Positions 48,739-60,329 of a DNA stretch of 64,000 nt are shown here, one piece after another. Made by a program: the position numbers and the translations under genes. The notes beneath the pieces are model-generated. The model did not search any database and had not been told where the DNA came from. It saw only the letters and a list, made by a program, of their open reading frames with translations. Each line of letters begins with the position of its first letter. Position 1 is the first letter of the stretch. Source of the DNA: Camelus ferus (Eukaryota); contig NC_045712.1 in assembly GCF_009834535.1 (NCBI RefSeq), forward strand, positions 25,358,001 through 25,422,000, given 5' to 3'.

Positions 48739-48789
48739 AGTTTCACTTTTACTTTCATTTTTCCCCAAACTGACAGAGGAAACAGAAAG
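48739..48789 (+). promoter_or_regulatory. UBA7: UBA7 ISRE/IRF-E cluster
   Basis: AGTTTCACTTTTACTTTCATTTTT at 48739-48762 (tandem IRF repeats) and GAAACAGAAAG at 48779-48789 in the opposite orientation, 145-195 bp upstream of the ATG. Confidence 0.85.
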
Positions 48790-48934
48790 CTGTGACCAGC
48801 AGCGTCCTTTACTCCTTGGCCTTAGTGCCTGTTTGCATTACCAAGGCTGGGCACTGACTCCTGCTGGCACTGCCTCCCATACAGAGATCCTATCTATAAT
48901 TGCTTCAGCCTGTCGTCCAGCCCCAGGCCTCAGG

Positions 48935-51900
48935 ATGAATGTCCTGGAGACTTCCAAGTTGCTGGATGAAGAGCTCTACTCTCGGCAACTGTGAGGCCTG
49001 AGGTGGGGAGGAGAGCGGGGTGGACTTCTGACTTCTGGTCTCCAATTACCTGCCCTCTTACCTCTACCTACAGGTATGTGCTGGGCTTGCCGGCCATGCA
49101 GAGGATTCAGGGAGCCAAGGTCCTGCTGTCAGGTCTTCAGGGCCTGGGGGCTGAGATAGCCAAAAACCTGGTCCTGATGGGTGTGGGTATCCTCACTCTT
49201 CATGATCCTCACCCTACCTGCTGGTCTGACCTGGCTGCCCAGGTGAGGGTCCTTGGGAGACTGTGGGTTTCCAGGCCAGGTTGGGGGTAGGGCTCAAGAG
49301 AAAATTCCTTGCTTAAGCCAGACTGGGTCTGTCTTTAGTTTTTCCTCTCAGAACAGGACTTGGGAAGGAGCAGGGCTGAGGCATCTCAAGAACTTCTGGC
49401 TAAGCTCAATGGAGCTGTTCAGGTGTGCATCCACACAGGTGACATCACTGAGGACCTGCTGCTGGACTTCCAGGTACCCTCCCAGCCCTACTCTCCAGGC
49501 TAGCCCTGTAGCCACCTCCAGGCTGTAGCAGTAGGGTGGGCCCAAAGTGGTTCTGGCCCTGCTGATCTTGAGGTCCGCCCAGGTGGTGGTGCTGACTGCC
49601 TCGAAGCTGGAGGAGCAGTTGAAGGTGGGCACCTTCTGCCACAAACATGGAGTCTGCTTTCTAGTTGCGGACACTCGAGGCCTCGTGGGGTGAGTGAGAC
49701 AGCTTGCCTCGCCTGCCACATCCATACAGCAACTGGTCCCAGTGCTGTCCCCAGCTCCAGGCTTGCTCCAGAGCCCCTCCACCCAATCCCAGGCCTGTCC
49801 CAGCATCCCCTCTCAATTCTGGTGCCCAGTCCCACTCGTCTGCCTCCTCTACCCTGCCTGCAGACTTGCTCCAGTAAATCCTTCCGACTCCAGCTTCCAA
49901 GCCTCTCCCAGCATTCTTTTCCTAATTCTTTTCCCAGTTCCTCTGGGCTTGCCCTAGTGTCCCCCACCCTTCATCATAACCATGGTGGTTAACCACTGAG
50001 CCATCTCAGTAACCCCTACTACCCCACCACAGGCAGTTATTCTGTGACTTTGGTGAGGACTTCACTGTCGAGGACCCTACAGAGGCAGAACCCCTGAGAG
50101 CTACCATCCAGCACATCTCCCAGGTGGGTGCTAAGGTCTGGGCGCTCACCTACTGACTAAGGAGGGGCTGCTGGAGCCTGTGGAAGGCAGATACAGGTAG
50201 CCCTGAGCAAGCCACCTCTTATCCAGGGATCCCCTGGCATTCTCACCCTGAGAGAAGAGGCTGATGCCCACCACTTCCACAATGGGGATTTGGTGACTTT
50301 CTCAGGCATTGAGGGCATGGTGGAACTCAATGGCTGTGCTCCTCGGCCTCTCCACGTGCGGGGTGAGTCAACCCCACTCCAGGCCCCCGTTGTGGGTGGA
50401 CACAGCCTGGTCCATGGGGAGAGGTTCTCCTTCCACCTTCCTCAGGGTGGAACAATGTCAAAGACATAGATGTAAGACAGGATGGGGTGTAGGGAACTCC
50501 TGGAGTTCAGGGGTCACACTGACTAGGCTGGATCTCCTCCAGAGGATGGGACCTTGGAGATTGGGAACACAGCAACTTTCTCTCGTTACTTGCGTGGTGG
50601 GGCTGTCACTGAGGTCAAGAGACCCAGGACTGTGAAACATGTGAGTTTAAGTGCATCTGAGGTGAGGGGTTTGGGCGCCTTGCGGGGGCCCACGGGGTTC
50701 TGGACCTGACCCTGAGCTGAGTGCCCCCTTCAGGAGCCCCTGGATGCAGCCCTGCTCCAGCCCCGTGTGGTGGCCCAGAGTCCCCAGGAAGTGCACCGTG
50801 CCCACTGCCTGCATCGGGCCTTCCGTGCACTGCACACATTCCAGCAGCTCCATGGCCGCCCTCCTCGGCGGTGGGATCCTGTGAGTGGCCCCAATGCCCC
50901 TTTCCCAGCCTGTGTCTTAATGGGGCCTCACTTTCCAGGAGGCAATGACTATCTCACAGATCCAAGTTTGAATCCAGAGGCAGTTTCCCACTCATCTAAA
51001 GGAGATGATAAACACTATCTCCAGACCAGAGGCTGGGTCAGTGAAAAGGCCAAGCACAAAGCCTGGGGACCCATGCTACTCCTAACCTCTCATATCTGGT
51101 CTGGAAGCTGCCCCCAGGTTGGAGAAGCCTCCAGGGTTGTTGTCTGGCACTGGGTATCCTCTGGTGGGGCTTCCCAGTCTGGCAGCTGGAATTCCATCCC
51201 ACCTAGGCTTCTGCTTCCTCTTCTGTGGAACAGGGTGGATGGCTGCCTGAAGGATTGGAGCTTCAGGGGGATCCTATACCCATGGAGTTCTACCCCATAG
51301 GTTGATGCAGAGATGGTGGTGGGACTGGCCCAGGCCCTGGAACCACTGAAGGGGACAGAGGGAGAGTCATCGGAAGAGCAGCTGGATGAGGCTCTAGTGC
51401 GGACAGTCGCCCTGAGCAGTGCTGGTAGCTTGAGCCCCATTGCAACCATGCTGGGTGCGGTGGCTGCCCAGGAAGTGCTGAAGGTGGGCACAGGAAGAGG
51501 CAGGGCGGGGCTAGGATGGGTGCTCAACACCAGACGGCAGCCCTGGGGGATTCACCAACCTGGGTGCAGCCCTCAGCCAAGATCTGAGGGCATTAGGAGG
51601 TGGAAGGAGTCCCCAGCCTAAAGTGCTGACTTCTAGGCAGTCTCCAAGAAGTTCATGCCCTTGGACCAGTGGCTGTACTTTGATGCCCTCGATTGCCTTC
51701 CAGAAGATGAGGAGCCCTTTCTCAATCCTGAAGACTATGCACCGGTGAGAACCTGGGGTAGGGGTGCAAGCCTTATCCAAACTCAGGACAATGGGGAAAC
51801 TGGAAGACTGGTCCCAAAATCCTGGCCCGGAAAACTTGGTATAAGAGGGAGATGCAGCAGAAGCCAGTGGCCATCACTGACCGCTATCTGTGTCCCCTAG

Positions 51901-54900
51901 AGAGACTGCCGCTATGACGGGCAAATTGCCGTGTTTGGGGCTGGTTTTCAGAAGAAACTGAGCCACCAGCACTACCTCCTGGTGAGCCTTGTGGTGAGGT
52001 GGGGAGTGAGCAGGGTGGGGCCAGGCCAGGCCCTGGCTAAGGTTGTTCCTGTTGGCAGGTGGGTGCTGGTGCTATTGGCTGTGAGCTGCTCAAAGGCTTT
52101 GCCCTAGTGGGCCTAGGGGCTGGGGGCAGTGGGGGCGTGACTGTTGCCGACATGGATCACGTGGAGCGCTCCAACCTCAGCCGGCAGTTCCTCTTCAGGC
52201 CCCAGGACATTGGTGTGAGTGCCCACCCCTCCCCACATCCGTGTCCTGAAATGTCCTCCTGTAATACATACCCCACACCCAAGTCTTCACACTTTCTTCT
52301 CAGAGGCCAAAGGCAGAGGTGGCTGCTGAGGCTGCTCATCACCTGAACTCAAACTTGAAGGTGACCCCGCTCACCTACCCACTGGATCCCACTACAGAGC
52401 ACATCTATGGGGACAACTTCTTCTCCAATGTGGATGGCGTGGCTGCCGCCCTGGACAGTTTCCAGGCTCGTGAGTGCTCGACCTGGGAACTCAACCCCTT
52501 GTCTGAGACTGCCCACCCCACTTCTGACCCTCTGCTCCTTTGCCAGGACACTATGTGGCTGCTCGCTGCACTCACTATCTGAAGCCACTACTGGAAGCGG
52601 GCACAAATGGCACCCGGGGCAGTGCTTGTGTGTTCATGCCGGATGTGACTGATGTCTACAGAGGCCCTGCCTCGGATGCAGATTCTGAGGATGCCTCCTA
52701 CCCTGTCTGCACCGTGCGGTACTTCCCCAGCACAGCCAAGCACACCTTGCAGGTGGGAAGGACCCCCAGAGACTCCTACCCAACCTGGCTCCATCCTCAG
52801 CTGCAGAACTGTTCCCTAACTGGCACCTCATGGTTCCTCCCTTCCCCTTAGTGGGCCCGGGATGAGTTTGAGGGACTTTTCCATCTGTCTGCTGAGACCA
52901 TCAAACGCTACCAACAGGAAGGCCACCCACAAGGGTGAGTAAGAATTCAGAGCCCCTGTCAACCAAGAGGCTTAGCCTCAGACTTGCTCCTCTGTCCGCA
53001 GGGCACTCATTTCTCTGGCTGACATGGATGGGCCACAGGTACTGACCCTGCTGCAGGTGGTGCTGGGTGTCCTGAGAGAGCGTCCACAGACGTGGCGAGA
53101 CTGCGTGCTGTGGGCCCTTGGCCACTGGCAACTGTGCTTCCATTATGGCATCATACAGCTGCTGAGGCTCTTCCCACCTGATAAAGTGGGTACTAGGAGT
53201 CAGGAGGATGAGTGCTCAGGGTGGCCAGACAGAGTCCAGCAGCCTCCATTTCCCTAGGTGCTTGAGGATGGAACACCTTTCTGGTCAAGTCCCAGACAGT
53301 GTCCCCAGCCCTTGGAGTTTGACGCCAGCCAAGTGAGTGGAGTCTTTTGGGAGCCCTGAGAGGGGAATGTGGCCCCTAGAATGGAGGTGAGCACCTCTGT
53401 ATTTTGCAGGAGAGGGAGATGCTGAGAGGGAGAGAGCCCTATCTGTGCACATGGGGGTGTTCACATGTGAGGCAGATGCAGGTGTTCAAACAGATCCACA
53501 AATGGGCAGTGACCCCCACCCCACGCGCCCATCCAAGCTCACTCAAACCCATGCATCTGCCCCTGCTCTTGGTCTCACTGCAGGACATGCACCTCCTCTA
53601 TGTGTTGGCAGCTGCCAACCTGTACGCCCAGATGCATGGGCTGCCTGGCTCTCGGGACCAGACTGAGCTCAGAGGACTGCTGAAGTTGCTGCCACTTCCT
53701 GAACTCCAGGACTTGGCCCCCATCTTTGCTAGTGACCTGGAGCTGGCTTGGGCTTCTGCTGAGTTGGGTGAGATCCCTGGCCCTGGCCCTAGCCCCCATC
53801 CTGCCACTCAAAGGCCTGACCCTGTCCTCAGCCTGTGCTCCAGAAAGAAGACGGGGTCAGGGGAAGGCAGCCAACTTACTACCTTTCAGGCCCTCTGACC
53901 TTGCTTCTGTCTAGCCTTGGCCCCTCAGAAGGCCCTCTCTTCTGCCTACCTCACCCCACCTTGTTCCCTTGGCCGACTCACCAAATAAACAAACAAACAA
54001 ACGAAAATAATAAAAAACACAAACCACTGGGCCCTGGGGAGCAACTAGCTGTGGCTGCTAGATAAAGACAGAACTACATACATGTATGTGCACGCACACA
54101 CATGCACACACAGGTGTGGGCTGGGGCTCCTAGGGAGATTGCAGCATCAATCAAGGGGTCTCACTGTAAGTGGGAAGTGCTAGGCTTGGCAGGGACCAGG
54201 GATAGGCACTGGGCTCCTGGAAGAGTGCAGGACTTGGGGTCTAAGGATTGTCCCAACACACCTTTCCCCCGACAGGCCCTGAGCACTTGAAGAAACTGCA
54301 TGAAGCCCTGGAAATCTGGAGCACAGGCCCTCCCCTGGAACCCTTGATGTTTGAGAAGGTGGGAGCCCATCTGGGGCTGAACAGACAGGCTAGAGAGGTT
54401 GTTGGGGAAGGTTAAGAACTAAATCTCTTGGTCTGAGCCCCTTGGTCTGAGTTGTCCTCCCAGCAGGACCCCAGGAGCTCCTCACTTCCCTTGAGCCTCA
54501 GCCTCCTTATCTGTTAAGTGGGTAGATGTGAGCATCTAGCCCACAGTATTGTGTGAAGACCTGTGCAGTGGCACAGAGTTGGCCAAGGTGAGGGGCACTG
54601 GGGCAATGTTAACACTACCGTGCCTTGGCCCTCACAGGACAATGACAACAACTTCCATGTGGATTTTGTGACAGCAGCAGCTAGCCTGCGAGCTCAGAAC
54701 TATGGGATCCCACCGGCCAACCGCACTAAGGTAACTTGCCCCTTGGGACTCAGGCCTGGAGGTGGGGTCAAACCCTAGACTTACACCTCAGGCCCAGACC
54801 AAATCTTCTGTCTATGGCAGAGCAAGCGAATTGTGGGCCGGATTATCCCAGCTGTTGCCACCACTACAGCGGCCGTGGCTGGCCTGGTGGGCCTGGAGCT

Positions 54901-57448
54901 ATATAAGGTGGTGGGCGGGCCACGGCCCCTCAGTGCCTTTCGCCACAACTATCTGCACCTGGCTGAAAACTACTTTAGCCGCTGGGTACCTTTTGCCCCA
55001 GCCATCCAAAAGGTGAGCCCTTGACAACACTTCCCCGACACCAGGCCTGAGTTTTCCCTGCAATCACCCTACTCGGGCTTCAGGCTGTCACCAGGACCCA
55101 GACTCTGGGGGAGTCCTCAAGACTCCCTCCAGCCCCCTCCCTGCTGCAAAGCCAGGCTGGGACCTGTCAGACACAGGAAGCAGCCGTCAGCCACCCCCAC
55201 CCTCCAACCCTCCGGGTCTGGGGGAGCTGCAGCTTTAACTCATTAGTGGAGCCAGACATCCCCCACATCCCCCTCCTTCCCACGAGTGCCCCTGAGGGGG
55301 AAGGGGGACTAGGGCCCTAGCCCCAAACAGAGCTGAACATCAACACTGCCTGCGTGGCATGGCATCCATCCTCCTCTGGCCTGGACCTTCCCCTCAAGCT
55401 GAGTTGAAAGACACTGAGCTCTCCACCATGGGGCCCTGTGTGGGGTGTGCAGCCCTGTGGGGATGTGCACGCTCATGTCACATGTGAGTGCACTGGGGTC
55501 TGGGCATCCCTGGCCCTGTGGTGTGTGGGCATGGAGGGAGCATGCTTGCACATCTGTGTGCCAGGTGGGACTACAGGGCTTTTTCACTATGTGGGCTTGC
55601 ATGGGTGTGCGTGTGAGTACACATGTGGGTGTTCCTGGGCTTGTGTGCATGTGTGTTCCTTCAAGTGCAGGGCTATGAGTGCCCCTGGCTGTGTGCCCAG
55701 GCTCTGCAATAGTTGGCATTTCCTTAGGGCACAAGGAAGGGTGTAGAGAGAATTTCCTCACCAGGAGAGAGGCGAGAGGTCATGGGCCAGTGCTGCTCTT
55801 GCTGAGCAGCTCTGGGGTCCTTCAGGGTACAGCACACAGAGCCCCTTTGTGAGGGGCCCAGCCTCTAGCTAGAACACAAGCTGCCTTTGTCCATGGAGGA
55901 GGGGGAGAGGGAGGGGAAGGATCCTCCATCTCACCTCTGGCCTCGTCTCAGCTTGACCCCACTGTTTTCTGGGGAGCTGGCAGAGCCCCCCTGTCTTGGC
56001 CCCTGGCTGTCTGCCACCTTCTGCCCTCAGCTCTGGGTCCCAGAACCTCAAGACTCTTGAAATAAGGAAGGAAAAAGGGGACAGAAAGAGGAGGCCTCTG
56101 TGGGCTGTGTCACTGCTTGGGTCACTGTGCCCCTTGCCTGTGTGCCCATGAGTAGTCCAAGGCCCTGGTAGTAAAGGATTAGAGGACAGGATGTACCGCC
56201 TACCCCCCTACCCCAGCTTCCAGCCTTGCATTTGAGGAACAAGCAGCTTTATCAGAGACTGCAGTGGCCCTGTTCCCGCTTCCTCAGGAAGCATGTCCCT
56301 CCAACACACACACACACACACACACAGAGCCTGTGTGATGGATCGCCTGTTTCCCTGTGCGGGGGCCCCATATCCCCATTTCCTGTGCTGGCCTCAGCAT
56401 GGGTGGGGAGGGTGGTGAGACTCTGGGCCTAGATCCCACCTTCCACCCCCACCCCCTGGCTTCTGCTTCCTGCCTCTAGTCCAGCTCCTCCCCTAGGAAG
56501 GGGCCATAAGCTGCTAGGGACAGGGGGAGGGGGAGGGGTGTGTGTAAGAAGCTTCTCACTCCTCGCCACTACCACCCCCCAGTTCCAACACCTGGAGTGG
56601 ACCTGTTGGAAACGCCTAGAAGTGCCTGCTGGGGAGCCGGAGAGGACCCTGGAGTCGTTGCTGGCCCATCTCCAGGTGTGCCCCATTCCTGCTCTGTCCC
56701 CAGGCCTGGCCCAGCCTGGCCCAGCTGGCACCTGACCTCTCTCTGTCTAGGAACTGCTGGGGGTGAGGGTGACAATGCTAATGCGTGGCCCGGCCGTGCT
56801 CTACTCTGCAGGATGGTCGCTTGAAAAGCAGGCCTGGCACCTGCCCCTCAGGTGAGCCCACACCTGGCTCTAGCCAGGTCTCATTCTGTCCCTGGAAGTT
56901 GGAGGTGGGAGAAAAGTAGCCTTCCCTCTTTCCAACCTCATCTGGGCCCCTCACACCTTCCTGAAGTTTTCTTTTGCCAAATGGAGCCAGCAAATGGTCT
57001 GGGGGTGGGCGGAGGGCCAAGAGCCTGAGGAGGGGCCTCTAGGAGCTGCCTGCTCAGCCAGCCCCACCAGCTCCTCCACACCCTGCTCAGCTCCCCTTTC
57101 CCAGCCCACTCCCAGGGGACTCGCAGCTTCCTGCCTCCTGCCCGCCCCGCCAGCCACTCCTAAAATAGTTTCAGATGTTTCCTGTCTTGGGCCATTCTTG
57201 CTCCTGGCTTGGGCTCCTTATGGCCCACCAGCACCTTGTAGTCCATGCCAGGACACTCTCTGCCTGCCACTGCCCACCTCCCCAATCTCCCCCAATCCTC
57301 TCCCCACCATGCCACCAGGGTGACGGAAGTAATGCGGCAGGTGACCGGCCAGGCACCTGAGCCTGGACAGCGGGTGCTGGTACTGGAGCTCAGCTGTGAG
57401 GGTGATGAGGAGGACACTACCTTCCCACCCGTGCACTATAAGCTGTGA
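48935..57448 (+). CDS. UBA7: Ubiquitin-like modifier activating enzyme 7 (ISG15 E1), 1018 aa
   Basis: 24 exons: 48935-48990, 49074-49242, 49339-49473, 49583-49689, 50033-50123, 50227-50362, 50543-50640, 50734-50880, 51301-51483, 51637-51744, 51901-51981, 52059-52214, 52304-52469, 52547-52752, 52852-52934, 53002-53185, 53258-53332, 53584-53767, 54276-54358, 54638-54730, 54821-55012, 56583-56675, 56751-56851, 57319-57448. Motifs: [32 protein letters not shown], catalytic YPVC(599)TVRYFP with TGC at 52708-52710. Confidence 0.97.
54480..54565 (+). mobile_element. MIR fragment in UBA7 intron 19
   Basis: cacttcccttgagcctcagcctccttatctgttaagtggg. Confidence 0.65.
56303..56326. repeat. (AC)n microsatellite, about 12 units
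   Basis: Direct reading, in UBA7 intron 21. Confidence 0.9.
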
Positions 57449-57504
57449 CAAGGCAGCAGCCTCACCACCCAGCTCTGTCAAGCTCTGCATCCCAATCCCT
57501 CAGG

Positions 57505-57545
57505 AGGTACTCAATAAATGCTTGTTGAAGGAAGGACAGGATGGA
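57505..57545 (+). terminator. UBA7: UBA7 poly(A) signal AATAAA (57513-57518) embedded in a LINE-2 3' terminus
   Basis: AGGTACTCAATAAATGCTTGTTGAAGGAAGGA compared with the L2 end AGGTGCTCAATAAATATTTGTTGAATGAATGA. Confidence 0.8.
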
Positions 57546-57712
57546 TGACGGAACACGAGACAGGCACACGGGGTGTGACATGGGTATGACAGGGACCCCT
57601 GCAGGGAGGAAAAAGGGTCTATAGATTCCCCTGCCTGATTTGTGCCTTGCAGGGCTGAGGCTGCCTCCTGGAGCCTCAGGGGTATGGAACCAGGACAGTC
57701 CAGAGAAAGGCT

Positions 57713-57718
57713 TTTATT
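57713..57718 (-). terminator. INKA1: INKA1 poly(A) signal
   Basis: TTTATT on the plus strand (AATAAA on minus), ~22 nt after the stop codon. Confidence 0.75.
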
Positions 57719-57739
57719 GTCCCAGGCTGGAGGGCAGGG

Positions 57740-59355
57740 TCAGAGGTAGCTGACAACATCATTGCAGATGATGGGCTGGCGACTGCGGCAACTCATGAGG
57801 GCTGCAAAGCGTGAGACATCTGCAGGCAGTTCAGGTTCCGGACGAGGTGGGCATGACAATCGCTTTCCTGCCATGGCTGCCCGGCGTGCCCTGGCCAGCT
57901 GGCGCCGCAGCTGCTCAGAGAGGCCAAGCAGGAACTGGGGTGGCCGGGCACGGGCACGGGAGCCACCCCTGTCATCCCCCTCACCCGCTGCCTCAGGTAG
58001 CTCCATCCAGTTGTGCACCAAGTCAGCAAAGCAGTTGTCCCCCAGAACTAGGGGCTGGCGACTGCGACCTCTGCTCAGCAGGGCTGCTGTCCAGTCCTCA
58101 GCTTCCAGCCCCTGCCAGTGCTCCAGGCAGGCATCTGGGGTGGACTTGGGCCGTGGTCGGTGGGCAGGTGGTGCACGGGCCACAGGAGCCCCACTAGGCA
58201 GGGAGATGCCACTGGCTGAGAGACGCTGTCTGTGGGGGGTCCGTGCAGGGGGTGCTGGGTGCTGGAGTACGGGTAGCTCTTCCTCTCTCCATGTGCTGCC
58301 TGACACCTCTGAGAAGCCAGAGTCCCAGTCCAGGGCATGCTCCTTAGGGGTCCCCAAGACTATACCCCTGTTTCCTGTCACCACAGCTTCTTCCTCCTCT
58401 TCCTCCACACCACAGACTGAGTCCTCTTCCAAGGCATCTGGGGCCCTGAGCCGGTGCCTGAGCCGCACACCTGAGCCGGGTTTGGTGGGTGGCGGAAGAG
58501 GGCCAGGCATCTGGGGTGAACCTGTGTCCCGGCCACACAGCTGCAGAGGAACAGAGGGAGGAACAGAGGGCAGAAGTCGGAGGGGCAGTGCTTGTACCCC
58601 TGCCTGCCTGGCCAGACCAATTCCAAAACAGAAGGCCCAGGAGGGCTGGATAGGCCTGCAGGCCTAGGCAGCAAGGCCTCTAGTGGGCACAGGGCCGGCA
58701 TGGGGCGCTGGCACACGAAGCTCGTGTGGCTCCCATCGGCCGACCTGGTGGCAGTCCGGCAGGCTGCAGCACGCAGAGCCAGGCAAGTCGGTACCCGCCA
58801 CCAGGGCGGGAGGCAGGGTTGCGGGCCTGCATCGGGAAGTAGGTCCTGCTCAGGGCTGGGGTCTGGGGGTGGTTGGCATCCCATGCCTCTTGAGGGATTC
58901 AGCTCCCTAAAGCCCGCAGCGTCTTTCAGAGAAGGATAAAGTACTTGCTACGTGGGGTGTAGAGGACGGAGGTACAGGCTAGTCTGGAGTAGGGGGCATT
59001 CATAGCAGCACCAGTACTTTAGTCCCTCGCAGTCCCCTGCTCCGCCCCGAAAGAAGTTTCTCCCCCCAATTCATCCGCCGCGCCGGCAGCGCGGCCAGCT
59101 GGGCGGCTGTTACTTGATGCCCAGCGCAGCTCCCAATCGTCCGAAACCCGACGCGGGCCATCTGGGCCATCTGCGCCGCCCCGCCCCCATTCTGCCTTGG
59201 ATGGGCACTCGGGACAACCCCCCAACCCGTGTGTGGTTCGGGCTGGATCGCAGCCAAGCACCCCACACACGTCCTCACGAATCACACCCGCTCCCAAGCC
59301 TCACCAATTCCCAGCGCAGCTGGCCCAGGAAGCTGTCAAGCCGAGCGCTGTGCAT
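57740..59355 (-). CDS. INKA1: PAK4 inhibitor INKA1 (FAM212A), 283 aa
   Basis: Exon 1 59355-59305 (MHSARLDSFLGQLRWEL, donor GTGAGG) and exon 2 58540-57740 (LCGRDTGSPQMPGP...). Contains LDWDSGFSEVSGS and the Inka box RSRQPLVLGDNCFADLVHNWMEL. Confidence 0.97.
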
Positions 59356-60230
59356 CCCGGTGCCAGAGCCCCCGCCAGGCCTGCCAGTTCCTCTTAGAAC
59401 TCTAGCGGGAGCGGCGCGGAAAGGGCCCGGCGGGCCGTCCAGCGGCGCCCTTGCCCTCCGCCTTGTTCGGCGGACTCCTCCCTCTTCGTAGCTCCCGCAG
59501 CGGCCGCCGCCCCAACATCTGGCAGCTGCGCCCCGCCCCTGGCGCCCCAGCCAATGGCGCTGGGGCGTGGCTGATGTGGCCCCGCCCCCTGGGCCCGGCC
59601 GGGTGGGCGAGCTGGACGCCCACTCCCCACTCCGCCAGCTCTGGAGGGAGGGGCGGGACTGTATCTGGAAACCCCGTGGGCTCCGGGCCGGGACTCCTCG
59701 ACGTCCTGGACAGCTGAGCTGACTCCAGGTCCGCTGTAGGACCCAGGACAAGTCGCTTCTCTGTGGTAGCCCCAGCGTTCCCAGTTTTCCTGGGACAGAA
59801 CTGTGGTCTCTCCTGCAGGGGCCCTGGGAGCGCGCGGGTTTCCCGGCTGCGCCCCTATGCGGGCGGACCACCCCCAGTCGTCGGACCCCGCAGTGCCGTG
59901 GCCCACTCGGGGCCGACCCACCAAATCTGCTCCTGGAGCCAGCCCTGACAGTCCCTAGGAGTCGATGGGATGGGTTCCGCGGCCCCTTCGAGGACGACGG
60001 GAGCGCGGAACCTCGCGGCAACACCGGGGAGGAGCCTCAGTCAAGGCCCAGTCCCCGCCCTCTCTGCCCGCGTCTGCGGCGAGCTAGGCGGGGCCGCCCT
60101 CTAGTGGGCAGCGCGCGATTAGCTGCGATTCCTGCCGCGACACCCGCATCCCCTCTGACGGTACCACATGCAAACTGGGAGCGCAGGGATTTAGCGCGGC
60201 GCTCTCTCACCGAAATGGTCAGAGCCTGTT
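58680..60230 (-). promoter_or_regulatory. INKA1: INKA1 CpG-island promoter
   Basis: Dense CpG around exon 1, multiple GC boxes and a CCAAT motif near 59551. Confidence 0.8.
60092..60110 (-). promoter_or_regulatory. Strong candidate CTCF site (reverse)
   Basis: Reverse complement TGCCCACTAGAGGGCGGCC is a near-consensus CTCF core, lying between the INKA1 and CDHR4 promoters. Confidence 0.65.
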
Positions 60231-60329
60231 CCCTGAGGCCATTCCATAATCGGAGGCTAGGTTCAAGGACACAGACTAACTGGAGACAGAACTAGACAAG
60301 TCACTAGACAGAAAAATACCGGGGTATGA

